Below, piece after piece: positions 27,186-41,800 of a stretch of 64,000 bases of DNA (the stretch's first letter is position 1; the number at the start of each line of letters is the position of its first letter). The stretch spans positions 7,936,001 through 8,000,000 of the forward strand of contig CM022678.1 of NCBI GenBank assembly GCA_012295275.1, given 5' to 3'. A model generated the notes under the pieces. The model did no database searches. It was not told the origin of the DNA and was given only the letters and a program-made list of their open reading frames with translations. Origin of the DNA: Chrysomallon squamiferum (Eukaryota > Animalia > Mollusca). The translations under genes were made by a program, and so were the position numbers.

Positions 27186-28289
27186 TGCTGTTTGGGCATA
27201 TGCAGGCTTCAGTTATAACAGAATAATATAACATACGTAATACACAATAGAACACAACACAACATAACATAACGTAACAAAACAAGACATAACATAACAT
27301 ACTATAATACAATATAGAAAGCATAAAAACAACAAATTATTTTCAAATTAACTTACGTTTTCATCAGAAAATAACGAACTCGGACTTTCTAAAAATAGAT
27401 CTTGGAATTTCCAGATCATTTGCGAGGACTCAGTGTTTTCTGTGTAACTGTGTAGACTCTATATAAACGAGTTTTATCACCGCTGGAGAAAATTCTGAAA
27501 AATAATAAAAATTCACTGACAGAGACGTTTACTTATTACATACGAGTAAATTATAATATTTAATTATTTATTATTTTGTTAACTGATTTTTTCTTGCCTA
27601 CATATTTATTTATTTGTTTGTTTGTTTATTGTTTTGATAACTGATTTTTTCTTGACTACATATTTGTTTGTTTATTATTTTGTTAATTGATTTATCTTCA
27701 TATTTGTTTGCAAATCGTGCAGTCACTCTTCAGTGTTTGTCTTTGTACTTCTATTTCTATTACAACAACAACAACAACTACTGTTACTATTACTATTACA
27801 GCAACAACTACTACTATTACTATTATAGCAAAAACTACTACTAGTACTACAGCCACTGCTACTACTACTATTATTCTTATTATTATTCTTAGTATTATTA
27901 TTTTTTTATTATCGTGATAAAAGCTGTAGTTGATACAAAACTAACATTGTTTATTTAAGCATATATCAGAACATACACACAGCGAACGTACACTGAATTA
28001 TCTATGTACGTAGGACAGACAGACAGACACAGAAGTATCCCAGCTAGAGATCATCACCAGGTCTACACAAATAACCTCACATTCTAACAGCAGAGTTTTA
28101 ATCTAATTATATCTGTGTGTTTATAGCAGTGACTTCTTCAGTTTAGTTTTAAATCAGTTTTGGAATTTCAAACAGTCATTATTATTACTACTACTACTGC
28201 TGCTGCTACTACTACTACTACTACTAATAATAATAATAATACTATAAATAATAATAATAATAATGCAGTAGTATTTCACGTGCTGTGTT

Positions 28290-28575
28290 GATTTTGTAAT
28301 ATGTAAAACATCGTCAACATGGGACAGCATTGACAGATTTTGTAATATGTAAAACATCGTCAACATGGGACAGCATTGACAGATTTTGTAATATGTAAAA
28401 CATCGTCAACATGGGACAGCATTAACAGATTTTGTAATATGTAAAACATCGTCAACATGGGACAGCATTAACAGATTTTGTAATATGTAAAACATCGTCA
28501 ACATGGGACAGTATTAACAGATTTTGTAATATGTAAAACATCGTCAACATGGGACAGTTTTGACAGATTTTGCAG
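28290..28575. repeat. 46-bp minisatellite, 6 copies
   Basis: GATTTTGTAATATGTAAAACATCGTCAACATGGGACAGCATT(G/A)ACA repeated head to tail with no spacers. Confidence 0.97.
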
Positions 28576-29470
28576 TGGGACACACAGCGGACCCTTCTGG
28601 ATACATACCCGGCTAATTTCAAGCAGTTTCTCGAGGTTCTGAAGCCACTGTTACTTTATAACACAACGTGTTGTATGAGGTTGTCGAAGTTCTGAATGCA
28701 GTGCTGAGTTCTAACGACGTCATACAGACTGTCCATTGTGTAATGATAATATTTATTTTTATTTTTTCTCACTTGATGAATTTATTATTTTGTTAGCATC
28801 TAGTTATCTGATGTTTCTTTTTATTTATAAATTGTATCGCTATTTTTGAACTTTGCTGTTGCTGCTGTTATTATTTATTTATTATTTATTTATGGATTGA
28901 TTGATTGATTTTATAAAAAATTTCTTTTCTATAAATGGTTACTCAGTTTAAATTGTTATGTATTTAGTCAAATGTCTTTTCTGAACAGTTACGATTATTT
29001 AGTTCTGTTTATAATTGTGCAGTAATTTAAAATAAATAAATAAATAAATAAATTTTTTTTTTTAAAAAAGGATAGAATTGTAAAATTAACTGAGTTATGT
29101 TTTATGTTTGATTATTTCTGATGATTTTGGGTGCCAAGATGACTGTTAAGAAGCTGGATTAAGAAAAACCTCTGAAAAGTGTTAATATATTTTTCTTATT
29201 TCTAGATATATAAAAATATATTTGCAGAAAGCTTTGTTTGAACTGAAAATAGAAAACTACTATTAGTATCTTACTACTAATCAGTGTGAACTATCCATTC
29301 AGACGATTCTAAAATAAAAACAATATCAATACCAGTAATAGTACTACAACTACTAGTACTAGTACTACAACTACAATAATAATAAGAAGAAGAAAAACAT
29401 TAAAAATGTTATTGTTATCTAAAAAAAGAATTTATGTTTGTATGTATTTGTGTATCTTTGTATCTATAAA

Positions 29471-29527
<57 letters not shown>

Positions 29528-29591
29528 TGGTAGCTCTTTATTCGTGAAGATATTTCCCTATAGCAGCAAAGCTAGTTAATCTTATAATAAC

Positions 29592-29659
<68 letters not shown>

Positions 29660-29691
29660 AAATGAGTTTAGTAAACCGGATCGAAAATAAA

Positions 29692-29891
29692 NNNNNNNNN
29701 NNNNNNNNNNNNNNNNNNNNNNNNNNNNNNNNNNNNNNNNNNNNNNNNNNNNNNNNNNNNNNNNNNNNNNNNNNNNNNNNNNNNNNNNNNNNNNNNNNNN
29801 NNNNNNNNNNNNNNNNNNNNNNNNNNNNNNNNNNNNNNNNNNNNNNNNNNNNNNNNNNNNNNNNNNNNNNNNNNNNNNNNNNNNNNNNNNN
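29692..29891. other. Assembly gap (200 N)
   Basis: N run of round length, so the true distance and adjacency across it are uncertain. Confidence 0.99.
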
Positions 29892-30149
29892 TAAAATTAA
29901 AAAATTGAAAAATAAACAAATCCTACATAAAAAAAGGTAACAGGAAAAATAACAAAAATACTGCAGCTACTGCACAGTAAAATTATACTTGTATCAAAAT
30001 TTTACAAATCTGAAATAATTTTTAATAAAAATTTCTTTTATTTAATTTTCAAAAATAATAATAAAAATAGAGACCCCAATGTTTAAGTCCTTATGTAACA
30101 ATTGTTTTGCTAATGTCCTAATTCTCCCATTTAAGTTTCATTAATAATA

Positions 30150-32920
30150 TAACCAACTGAAATTAAACTCTTTATTCCAATACAATACATTTTGAACAGC
30201 TCAAATGTATCATGAATGTACACTCCATTTTACTAGTATACATAATTGTCCTTCTATTTTTAGAACTTTTACAATGTTAGACAATCAATTTGTCATATAT
30301 GTAGATACAATAAAGTAAGAACAACTTTTCAACACTGAAAGCAACATTAAACTGAAAGGAACTGTGAACATATATTAACTATAGATTGTATGTAAACTTT
30401 ACTTTGATCCAGTAACAAAATAAAAAATAAAATAAAATAAAATTCCCAACAAAACAAACCTAACAACTCTGAATTCACACACATCACCTGCTTTTTGTGC
30501 ATGAACTTAGAGTGTTTCTTCAGATCGATCAAAGTTCTGCTCTAAGGCAAAATAATAAAACCAACTAGAGGAATTAAACTTTCTGTCTCCCCATATGTAC
30601 ATTTGAGATAACTCTATTTACTATTATACATAATTCTCATTTTCTATTTTTTAGAACTTTTTACAATGTCTGAACAATCCAATTTATCATATATGTAGAT
30701 ACAACAAAGTAAGAACAACTTCTTCAAAAGCAACACTCAGAGCGATAGAAGCCTTCAGAAAGAATTAGGAGTTTAGGCATTATATTAAATACAGATTGTA
30801 TTTACTATGATCAGTAACAAAAGAAAAAATCCTACAAAAAACAAACAAAAAAACCCAACAACTCTGTTCACACATCACCTGGTTCTGTGCAGGTCCACTT
30901 AGAATCTTTCTTCCAGATCATCAGAGTTCTGCTCTAAAACCTGAAATGGTAAACCAACTGAAATTAAACTTTCTTTCTTCCAATATGTACATTTTGAAGA
31001 CAGCTCCTAATGTATCATAGATAGCACACTATTTACATTATTCTTATTTCAATTTTTTGGCTGTTAAATATTATCCAATCTATTTATCATATATATATAT
31101 ATATGCAGATACAACAATGTAAGAACAACTTCTTCAACAACACTTAAAGCAACATTAAACTGTAAAGTGGAAGTTTGAACATATATTAACTACAGATTGT
31201 ATATCGCTTTACTATGATCAGTAACAAAAGAAAAAACAAATCCATACAAAAAAAACACAAAAAAAATCCAAATTCTCACATCACCTGCATCTGTGCATTT
31301 CCACTTTGAGACAGTTCTTGCTGATGATGAGGATCCTGATCTAAAACCTGAAAATAATATAACCAACAATACGTACATGTTGACGACAACAGCTAATGTA
31401 TCATAGATAACTAAACATCTATTTACTATTATATATAATTGTCACTTCTATTTTTAGAAATTATACAATGTTAGAAAATCAATTTATTATACATATGTAG
31501 ATACAACAATGTAAGAACAATTTCTTCAACAACACTGAAGACAAGATTAAACTGTAAAGTGGAAGTTTGAATGTATATTAACTACAGATTGTATATCGCT
31601 TTACTATGATCAGTAACAAAAGAAAAAACAAATCCATACAAAAAAAACAAAAAAAATCCAAATTCTCACATCACCTGCATCTGTGCATTTCCACTTTGAG
31701 ACAGTTCTTGCTGATGATGAGGATCCTGATCTAAAACCTGAAAATAATATAACCAACAATACGTACATTTTGAAGACAACAGCTAATGTATCACAGATAA
31801 CTAAACATCTATTTACTATTATATATAATTGTCACTTCTATTTTTAGAAGTTATATAATGTTAGAAAATCAATTTATTATACATATGTAGATACAACAAT
31901 GTAAGAACAATTTCTTCAACAACACTGAAGAAACCATTAAACTGTAAAGTGGAAGTTTGAACGTTTATTAAATACAGGTTATATATCGCTTTACTATAAT
32001 CAGTAATAAAAGAAAAAAATCAGATAGCACATTATAAATTATGAAATGTACTGCAACCAACCAGAAATGATTATTGTAAAAGAATAAAAACAAAACTGTG
32101 TGTATTTGTGTGTGCATTTATGTGTTTAAATTTACTCTAGAATACATACCAGACACAGATGACTGATTGCCTTTCAGACTAAGTTCACCACCCTCTGATA
32201 CATCCACATCCTTAGGTTCCTTTTCCTATAAATAAATTTATCTAAATAAGAAAACTGACTTTCTTTGTTCTCATACATACATTTTGAAGACAACTCATAA
32301 TATATCATAGATAACACACTAAACATCTATTTACTACAATACAAAATTCTCAGTTCTATATTTAGCACATTTATGTTACAATGCCAGACAATAATTTGTC
32401 ATACATATGTAGATACAACAATGTAAGAACAAGGTCTTCAACAACACTGAAGGCAGCATTAAACTGTAAAGTGGAAGTTTGAATGTATATTAACTACATA
32501 TTGTATATCGCTTTACTATGATCAGTAACAAAAGAAAAAACAAATCCCTGCAAAAAAACGCAAAAAAAACAACACCTCACCAGCTTTTGTTCAGGTCGAC
32601 TTTGAGATCTTTCTTGCTGATGATGAGTATTCGTCTGTGAACCCTGAAAATAATAAAACCAACTGAAATTAAACTTTCTTTATTCCAATACATACATTTT
32701 GAAGACAGCTCCTAATGTATCATAGATAACACTATTTATTACTACACATTATTCTTATTTCAATTTTTAGAACTTTTGAAATGACAGACAATCAATCTAT
32801 CATACATATGTAGATACAACAATGTAAGAACAATTTCTTCAACAACACTGAAGACACCATTAAACTGTAAAGAGGAAGTTTGAACGTACATTAAATACAG
32901 ATTGTGTATTGCTTTACTAT
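30150..32920 (-). repeat. ~390-bp exon+intron tandem array 3' of kinase A
   Basis: The intron module TAGATACAACAATGTAAGAACAA..ATTAAACTGTAAAG..GGAAGTTTGAA recurs about 7 times. 63-nt exons lie at 32643-32581, 31737-31675 and 31347-31285, decayed copies at 30940-30879 and ~30545-30488, and a 76-nt exon at 32225-32150. Confidence 0.85.
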
Positions 32921-33563
32921 GATCAATAATAATAAAAAAATAGTAATAATAATAAAATAAAAATAGAAATCAGGTGTACAAATTGAAAATAAAAATACTC
33001 TTGATAATAAACTCATAGAGAAAGATATTTCAGTTTTCACAATAAGGACATTAGTAAATATCAAAAAATCGATAGAATTAATAATAGAAAAATAAATAAC
33101 AGATAATAATAATAATAATAATATAAAATAAAAACAAATAAAAAAATATAAAACCTGTATTTTGAGTCCCTTAAGTAACATTATTTAAAAAACGTCCTAA
33201 TTCTCTCATTTAAATTATCATCAATATTATAATCAATTGAAATTGAACATTCTTTGTTCTAATACGTAAATTTTTTAATACAGCTCATAATCTGCAAAGA
33301 TAAATATCAAGATTTTCACACAGATATTTTCATAACCCTTAACATAAAAATATTTTAAAACCTTTCGACACACATAATTAAATAATGTGTGGTATTTGTG
33401 TTATTATTATTTTTTTTTAATTAAAGAAAAATATTCTTCTCAAATGTACTGGTAGATTATCAAAACAGATATTAATATTCTAATCTTTTTGTTCTGTTTG
33501 TTCAGTAACCTTCACCTTTCTGTATCAACCACTCATCATAATTGAACTTTAATCTTTACTGAC

Positions 33564-35722
33564 CTTTGACCTTAAATTAGAATGGAGACCTTCTGGGAAG
33601 AAAATTACATGATTTTCTGAAAAAAGAAAAAGGTTTATCATCAGAATAAACAATTGTTATAGTTCAACATAAATCATTTAAAATTATTAACCTGTATAAG
33701 CTGACAGATGATGAAAGAAAGAAAGAAAAACAGTAAGACAATGAAGATGAAAAAAACAAGAAAAAATTACGAGACAATTCAAAAATAAAAAAAAAAAAAA
33801 AAAAAAAAAAAAAACAAGAAAGGATTAACATTTAATAACAAAAATTAAATATATAAATGAGGTATTGAATGAATAAATAAACACAAAAATTTGAATAATT
33901 AAATAAACAAAACTGAACATATTTCTACTTGATGTAACACACCTCTTCATCCCTGGAACTAATCACCTGTGGAATGTAATTAATTATCAAGCATAATTAT
34001 ACATCATTTAAATAAATAGGACAATGTATTATAGAAAAAAAAAATAAAATAAATAAAGATAATAAAATATAAAGAATCTAATCAGTCTGGTACATACCTT
34101 TCTTAATCTGTTCAGGTATCATCGAAATTATATTTTTAATTTCTTTTAAATAATAGTCTCGATCATATCTTTCACCAGAGCTGTCTATAAGCTTCAAGAT
34201 CATTTCAACAATCTTGAAGAATCCATCTGAAACAATACTGACCTAGAAGAAAGAAAAAAATAACTGTAATAATGAGAAACAACAGCAATATTATTAATTA
34301 CAGCAACAACAATAACAACAAAAATAGTAATAATTAGTTATGACTGTTTTTCAATATGTCATTAAAAATACAGTTTATACTACAATAATTCTGAATATAT
34401 TCAAAAAATAAATAATAATCATTAGTAATAAAGATACTGATATTAACAATAACAAAGGAATAAAAACTGTCAATATTAACCATAATGAAAATTACAATAA
34501 TAGTAACAATAACTTTGTACAAGTTTAATATTACTTTTTCTTCCTTTGCAAGGTCTTTTTTATATTGATTCAGGTCATCAAGAGAATTAATAGTTTTTGA
34601 AAGGAACGGTTGGCAAACAAGATTGAGAATTTGCCGAAGGTCTTGATCTACCCCTGGCTCTTTACTTGTAATTCTCTTCGCTCTACCAAAGTCTATGAGC
34701 ATTATCTTAACCAGTTTCTGAATCATCACATTGCCTTCTGGAAGGTAAATAAGTAAATAAATGAATAAATTAAATTAAATTAAATAAATAAACAAGAAAC
34801 TGAATAAATAAATAGGTAAGTAAATATGTAATCTGTTTTGATTTTTTTTTTAAAGTTACTGAAATTAAACAAATAAGTAAATAAATAACCAAATGAAAAT
34901 AAATGAATAAATAAATAAAAATTGCTAAAGTAGCTTATTATCTATTTTATCTTTATAATTATTTATAAAATTTAATATTGAGTGATTTTATTTCAGAACT
35001 TTTATCACAACTGTTTCAGATCAGTATTCTTATTTCTTTTTAAACTTTTTTTTTTTAATCTTTTCATTGATATTATTGAAACAATTTGTTCAGTCGTCTT
35101 TATTTATTTTTAAATCTAAAGACAAAATCACATTTATGAAATATTTCCTACAACTGACAATGCTTGATGCTTAAAATGAGATCTTATGAATCAAACTGGG
35201 GATTAAATTGCATTACCTTTTCGTGTTATCACAGAAAAATTTCTGTTATATATATATTAATTTTTTTTGACTATGACAAAATCTAGATTACATACATTGA
35301 GATCTTTTTGTAAAAAGTTTCTGTATCCTGTATTCATATAGTTAAGTTTAGTTTTCAATCATTTTTATTATACATTTTTACAGCCACACAAACTATGGAG
35401 ATGGGAGATGTATCAATAGAAAGTTAACAGGAATAAAAATATCTGTATAACTGAATAACTGTCAGATGCTACTTAATAAGATCTATTTGGGGATTCTAAG
35501 GACTGTGTAAATATGCTAAGTAATAAAAATATTTCAAACCATGCAGGTCTCCGTGAGTCCAGCCCTTTTCATGCATCGTTTTGATTGCACTGAGTAAATC
35601 TTTCAAAAGGTTGAGAGCATGCCCTTCCCAGCTTTTTTCTGTTATTTTGTACTTTTCCGCTTCCAAGATATATCTAAGTGTGTTTGCTTCATTTTCATAT
35701 AATAATAATAATAATAATAATC

Positions 35723-35755
<33 letters not shown>

Positions 35756-35783
35756 GCAACAACAATAATAAAAATATAATAAA

Positions 35784-35830
<47 letters not shown>

Positions 35831-35843
35831 CAATAATAAAAAA

Positions 35844-35875
<32 letters not shown>

Positions 35876-38794
35876 GATACTACTACTACTACTAACAGTA
35901 ATAAATAAATAATAAAGCAGTATAAATTTAAAATGAAATAGAACAAAATGTATGTGTTAAATATGCAAGTATTTACTTTGACAAAAATCACTATGAAAAT
36001 AGTTCAAACAAGAACAAATATTTTGTTTAACACTAAAACCATTATGCATGTCACAGGATTCAGACTGCATAAACAAATTGATACTTCAATCACATCCCCT
36101 CTTTTTATTTTTACGCTATGGAATTGAAATTGTGTAACTCTAATTGTAACTACCATCACATCTGCACTTTGTTATTGTTTCTGCCAAATGTTTTATCTCC
36201 ATGGCATTGCTATAAAAGGGCTGGCATTTGGTAATTAAGCAGGGAAGGAAAAGTTCAAGATGAAAGCTCAGTCAGGCAGGGAAAACCAATGTTTTTGAAT
36301 GACATTGTCTTTACAGACGAGTATGGTAAGCAATTGTCAATTCTTATTTTGATAGGGTATAATGTGCAACTAACCTGTGTCAATAACATTTATTATACTA
36401 AAATTTTACTTGTTTAATCTGTCCTCTGTGCAGATTCTTATTTTGTCTTGGTTCCCCTATGACCTTTCATTAATCAAAATTATTTAAATATGTTTTATGA
36501 TTGTATAATGTATTATTATTATTATCAAGTCACCTGTGTATCATAATTAAATAATCAACATGAACCTTAACTTGTGTTTATTTCTCTAGTGGACAGACAG
36601 ACTTATTGAGTTATATAGACTGCTGTCAATTTAGCCTTTGGACTCATTGTTCGGTGACCATTAAAGCTCCTTGTTACACTAGACTGAGCCTTAATAAAAC
36701 ATCTGAGGTGTTTAATGATGTGGGTCCCATGACAGACTGTGATTATGAAATTATTTTTACTTTGATTACATTGCATAACTTACTTTTTGAACCAGCATCA
36801 AACATTTCATACAGCCATAATTAATTATATTTGTAATTAGCTAACAAATAAAACTGTATCTATAACAAAGTTCACTGTCTGCAGCTGTATATAAAATGAT
36901 AAAAAGAAACATCAAAGGTTATACACTGGTTATGAACATTTGTACTATTTTGTTTGAGGGTAGCAAAACAGCACAAGAGGTATTTTCAAATAAATAAATA
37001 AAAAAAAAAAAAAAAAAAAAATTTGAATCTTCTCACCTTGCTCAAGTATTTCCATGTGAAAACAGATCTTATTCTCTTCCCTTCTAATCAGATACAACTT
37101 GGGTACATATCCTGTTTCTTTCAAATCAACCCAACAGTATGCCTCCTCATCTCTAAATACCCATAACCAAACCTGAAATTTATAAAATGATTTTTACTGC
37201 AATCATGACATTAACGAATGAAAATCACTGTGTGAATAAATGGATGGATATTAAAAAAGGAATGAATGAAGAGAACAGATGAATAAATGGATAAAATGAT
37301 TAATATTAAAGGAGGAACAAATGAATGAAGGAATGAATAAAATAATAACTGATCAACAAAATCTCCATTCCACAAATTTTACCAGATGGTATGTTTATGT
37401 TTATATACAAGAAAACATTTCCTATAAAATCAAAGTGCACAAGAGGAAATCCAATGAAAGGACTATTTTAATAGATAAAAAAACTTTTATATGCATTTTT
37501 CAATGGACAACCAGTGAAAATTAAATGCATTGTTTATATATAACAACTCACTGACTTCACCATGTGTTTTGTTTTACTGCCAACATCTTCAACTACGATG
37601 ATGTCCCCAGCAATGTTTCCTTTTCCAAGAATTTCACCAAGTTGTCTAAACTGTTCACCCTTCCTGTATTTTCTATTTTTTAGTGTTATCTGTAAAAATA
37701 GCATCGACCATCTGATATTCATAGTTGTAGGTTATTACCTACAAAACATCTTTTTATTATTCTATTTTAACTGTAAATATTAATTCAGTTTTCTTACAAA
37801 ATGGACATCAGATATTAAATGGTAACATTTCTACATTGTATGTGCAATTTTAATTATAAACACCCATATAACATTCTCTCTCTTGCTCTCACTCTCTCTC
37901 TCACTCACACACACACATTCACAAACATCATTTCAAATTGGTATAATAATATCAAACATTAGGTTAATAGAATGGAGAAAAAATTCAAAATCAGAAAGTC
38001 TAGTACAACACAAGTTTTTTTTTTTTTTTAGAGTAAGCTGTAAATTTGAGTCAGGTCATATACTACATATAAAAAATAAATAAAATTAACTGCTTTTTCA
38101 CCTTCATCAACTTTATCTTATTTTCACAAAAATCATTAAAACAAGACTGAGATACACAATGTTGTTAAGCATTTTTTTGCTTTCTTTGTTGTTTTAATTT
38201 TGTATTTTTAAATTACTTCTGAACCATCAAAAACAACATCAGTGGGGATATGATGTTTCAAAATCACCTTCGATGAATCAAGAACCACACCAGCAGGGCT
38301 ACGGTTTTCTTTCTCATATTCAATCATTTCCATCATCGACATTATTCTTCGGGTGATATCTTCATCTGATTTGGGTTGCTGTATAACGTCTGCTTCTGAT
38401 TTGTCAACATAATAAAGTCTTGGGATTGTCCTAAACAAAAAAATATTCTTATTCAATAATTGATCTTTCTCATGCATACTCGAACTAAATTGAACAGAAA
38501 TTTATTTACACTTGGTCTGTGGTCTATAGCATTTGAAGATACATTCACTATGAAACTAAACAGTTTACAGAGAATACAAATTACAGTTTAATCAAGACAC
38601 AATTAAATTAGCTTACTTTTCATCCTTCGCATCTTCCTGTAAGTCAGCTAAAATAAACAATTTGTATACTGTAAACAGTCAAATCACATTACAAATTACA
38701 AAATTTACTGTAATCAACCAGAAATCATTATTATTACTTGTATGAATTTAAAAAATAATAATAAAAATAAAGAATGTGGGAATATATATATATA

Positions 38795-38841
<47 letters not shown>

Positions 38842-41800
38842 ATATATATTATATTTATATATATATATACATCAAAAATCTAAAAGTATTCTGTACAATT
38901 ATAAATTGTGAGATCTCAAACAAGTATAAAGGGTTTCTGTCAGGATAACAATTCTTCAGTGTGTCAAATCATCCAAACAGTTAAATACAGTTTAAGTACA
39001 CTTTAAAAAAACACCAGCTAAATCATTGTGTCGTTTTTCTGGTGACAGCTGAGCATACTTGGAAGGAATTTCAACTATACAAAAAAGAAACAAATTACAG
39101 ATATAGTACAAGATGTTGCTTTGAACAATGTGTGTGTCTGTGTGATTATGTGTGAATTACAAATAATTTACAAAGTAAAAATAGTTATTCCCAAAAAGCT
39201 ATATATTTTGGTCAGTGCCACAAATTATAAAAACTGACTTAGTAGTAGTAATGTGTTGCCACTATTTATAGTGATAGTGTGATGACTACTATATATATAT
39301 TATCTGTTACACAAAACTGTGTGTTTAAATTTACTCTAGAATACATACCATCATATCTGGATTTTCTTTTCTTATTCAGATAAACATCTGAATTTTCTTG
39401 AACCTGTAAATAAATTTATCTAAATAGGTAAACTAACCAAATACAAACGATTTATAAAAACAATATTTCTGGAACAGCATTTCAAATTTTTCAAAATTAA
39501 TACAGTCTGAATAAACAATTATTTACAAATGTTTTTGTTATTTAAGGTTGACTTTAAAAATAAAATAAAATTTAATCAAATAAAAAATAAATTGTAAACA
39601 TTTCAGTTATTAAAGATCTTGAAAAAATTATAAAAATATTGTTTTACTAACACAGTATTGTAGCAATATTGTTTAATTAACCCATTATAGCAATACTGTT
39701 TTATTAACCCAGTGTTATAGCAATATTGTTTTATTAACCCAGTATTATAATGAAATTGAAACATTACAATGTTTCAGATGGAATTTGTTTCGAATTTTAA
39801 TGTAAATACTTCTCCACTCGTTTCCAGTAAATGTGTTAATTATTTGCATCTGAAATTAACATCTGTATTTGTGCGTGTCTGTCTGTTTGTCTTTGGTTAT
39901 GTTTTTATGTCTGTCTCTATGTATTTGTATTTATGGTTTGTGTATGTGTGAGAAAGAGAAAGACAGAGTGGAAGAAAGAAAATGTAAGGGGTGTGGGGGA
40001 CAAAGAGTGAGGAGGGGGATGTGTATGTATGTGTCTGTGTCTACATATATGTGTGTATGTCTGCATGCGTGTATTTGAGTGTTCATGTGCATGCACAAGT
40101 GTGTGTTTCAGTAATATTTTAAAATAGTATTTACAGAAAAGAAACGTACAGTATCAGACTGAGAGGTGTTAGATGACATTCCACTGCTCAGCACATTGTT
40201 CACCGGCTCTGAAAATTAAACATTTGTTAACAACCATGTAACAAACAGAATAGGAGAAAAAAAACTTGTCCAATTCAGCCCTAAAACAACATCAAAATAT
40301 TACATTCATTAAGAAAAGATTACAAAATCCATGTGTTCTATTTAACTCTGGTTTCAGTCAGATCTGCAAATTTTGACTCTGTCCTGTGAAAGGTGAAGTA
40401 ACCTAAATTTCTTTTACTTCTGAGTGAGCAAAAATGACTTTTTTTAGTCTCTAGCATTTTTATGATCCATGAAATAGAACCAGACTGAAGGAAAAAAACT
40501 AATTTATTCAAATTTATTACTACAGATGAACCTGATACTTTTCTTCTTCTTTTTATTACTACATTAACAAAATCAGCCCTAAAACAACCAGTAAATTAAC
40601 CTTCTGTGTCAAGTAAAAATCATTTGGTCCATTATAAATACTAAGTTTAATTATCAGACATAACCCAAACTTTCATGCAGCGGTTTGTAGAGTTTCAGCT
40701 CAGTCTTTTGAAAACAAGTTCAAAATGGTCATTTAAGATTTAAATCAGCAATTAAAAGCAAAAGAAGTAGCTTTGAACATTACGTGTGAATTTAAAATAA
40801 TTTACGAAAGTAAAAATAGTTATTCGAAAAAAGCTATGTATTTTGGTCAGTGCCACAAATTTTAAAAACTGACTTTGTAGTAGTAATGTGTTGACACTAT
40901 TTATAGTGATAGTGTGATGAATACTATATATATATATATATATATATTATCTGTTACACAAAAGTGTGTGTGTTTAAATTTACTCTAGAATACATACCAG
41001 CCTCAACAACATTTCTGAATCTTTGACACCTTTTGAGAGGAACTTCTGACTTCTCTTCAGCCTGTAGATAAATTTATCTAAATAAGGAAACTGACCAAAT
41101 ATAAACCATTTATAAAAACAATATTTCTGAATTAGGATTTGAAAGTCTTCAAAATTAATTCTGAATAAACAACTCTTTACAAATGTTTTTGTTATTTAAG
41201 GTTGACGTTAAAAGTAAAATAAAATTTAATAAAATAATAAATAAATAAATTACAAACATTTCAGTTATTAAAGATAACTGTATGCATGTATTTGAGTATA
41301 GCTGTGCATGCACAAGTGTGTGTTTCAGTAATATTTTAAAATAATATTTACAGAAAAGAAACATACAGTATCAGACTGAGAGGTGTTAGATGACATTCCA
41401 CTGCTCAGCACATTGTTCGCCGGCTCTGAAAATTAAACATTTGTTATTATACACCAACAACCATGTAACAAACAGAATAGGAGAACAAAAACTTGTCCAA
41501 TTCAACCCTCCAAAACAACATCAAAATATTACATTCATTAAGAAAAGATTACAAAATCTATCTGTTCTATTTAACTCTGGTTTCAGTCAGATGTGCAAAT
41601 TTTGACTCTGTCCTGTGAAAGGTGAAGTAACCTAAATTTCTTTTACGTCTGAGTGAGCAAAAATGACTTTTTTTAGTCTCTAGCATTTTTATGATCCATG
41701 AAATAGAACCAGACTGAAGGAAAAAAACTAATTTATTCAAATTTATTACTACAGATGAACCTGACACTTTTCTTCTTCTTTTTATTACTACATTAACAAA

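Noticed and set aside
27357-27495. Minus-strand exon-like segment (TTTCAG...GTAAGT)
   Set aside because: All three frames contain stops and I found no partner exons, so it is non-coding at best.
28290-28575. 46-bp repeat as a CRISPR array
   Set aside because: The copies are contiguous with no spacers, so this is a plain minisatellite.
29593-29940. ORFs spanning X runs
   Set aside because: They are artefacts of the N gap.
38217-38267. Longer version of kinase A exon 38430 ending at 38217
   Set aside because: It is also phase 0, but the donor at 38267 gives the spacing that matches the NIK pre-kinase segment. It remains a possible alternative donor.
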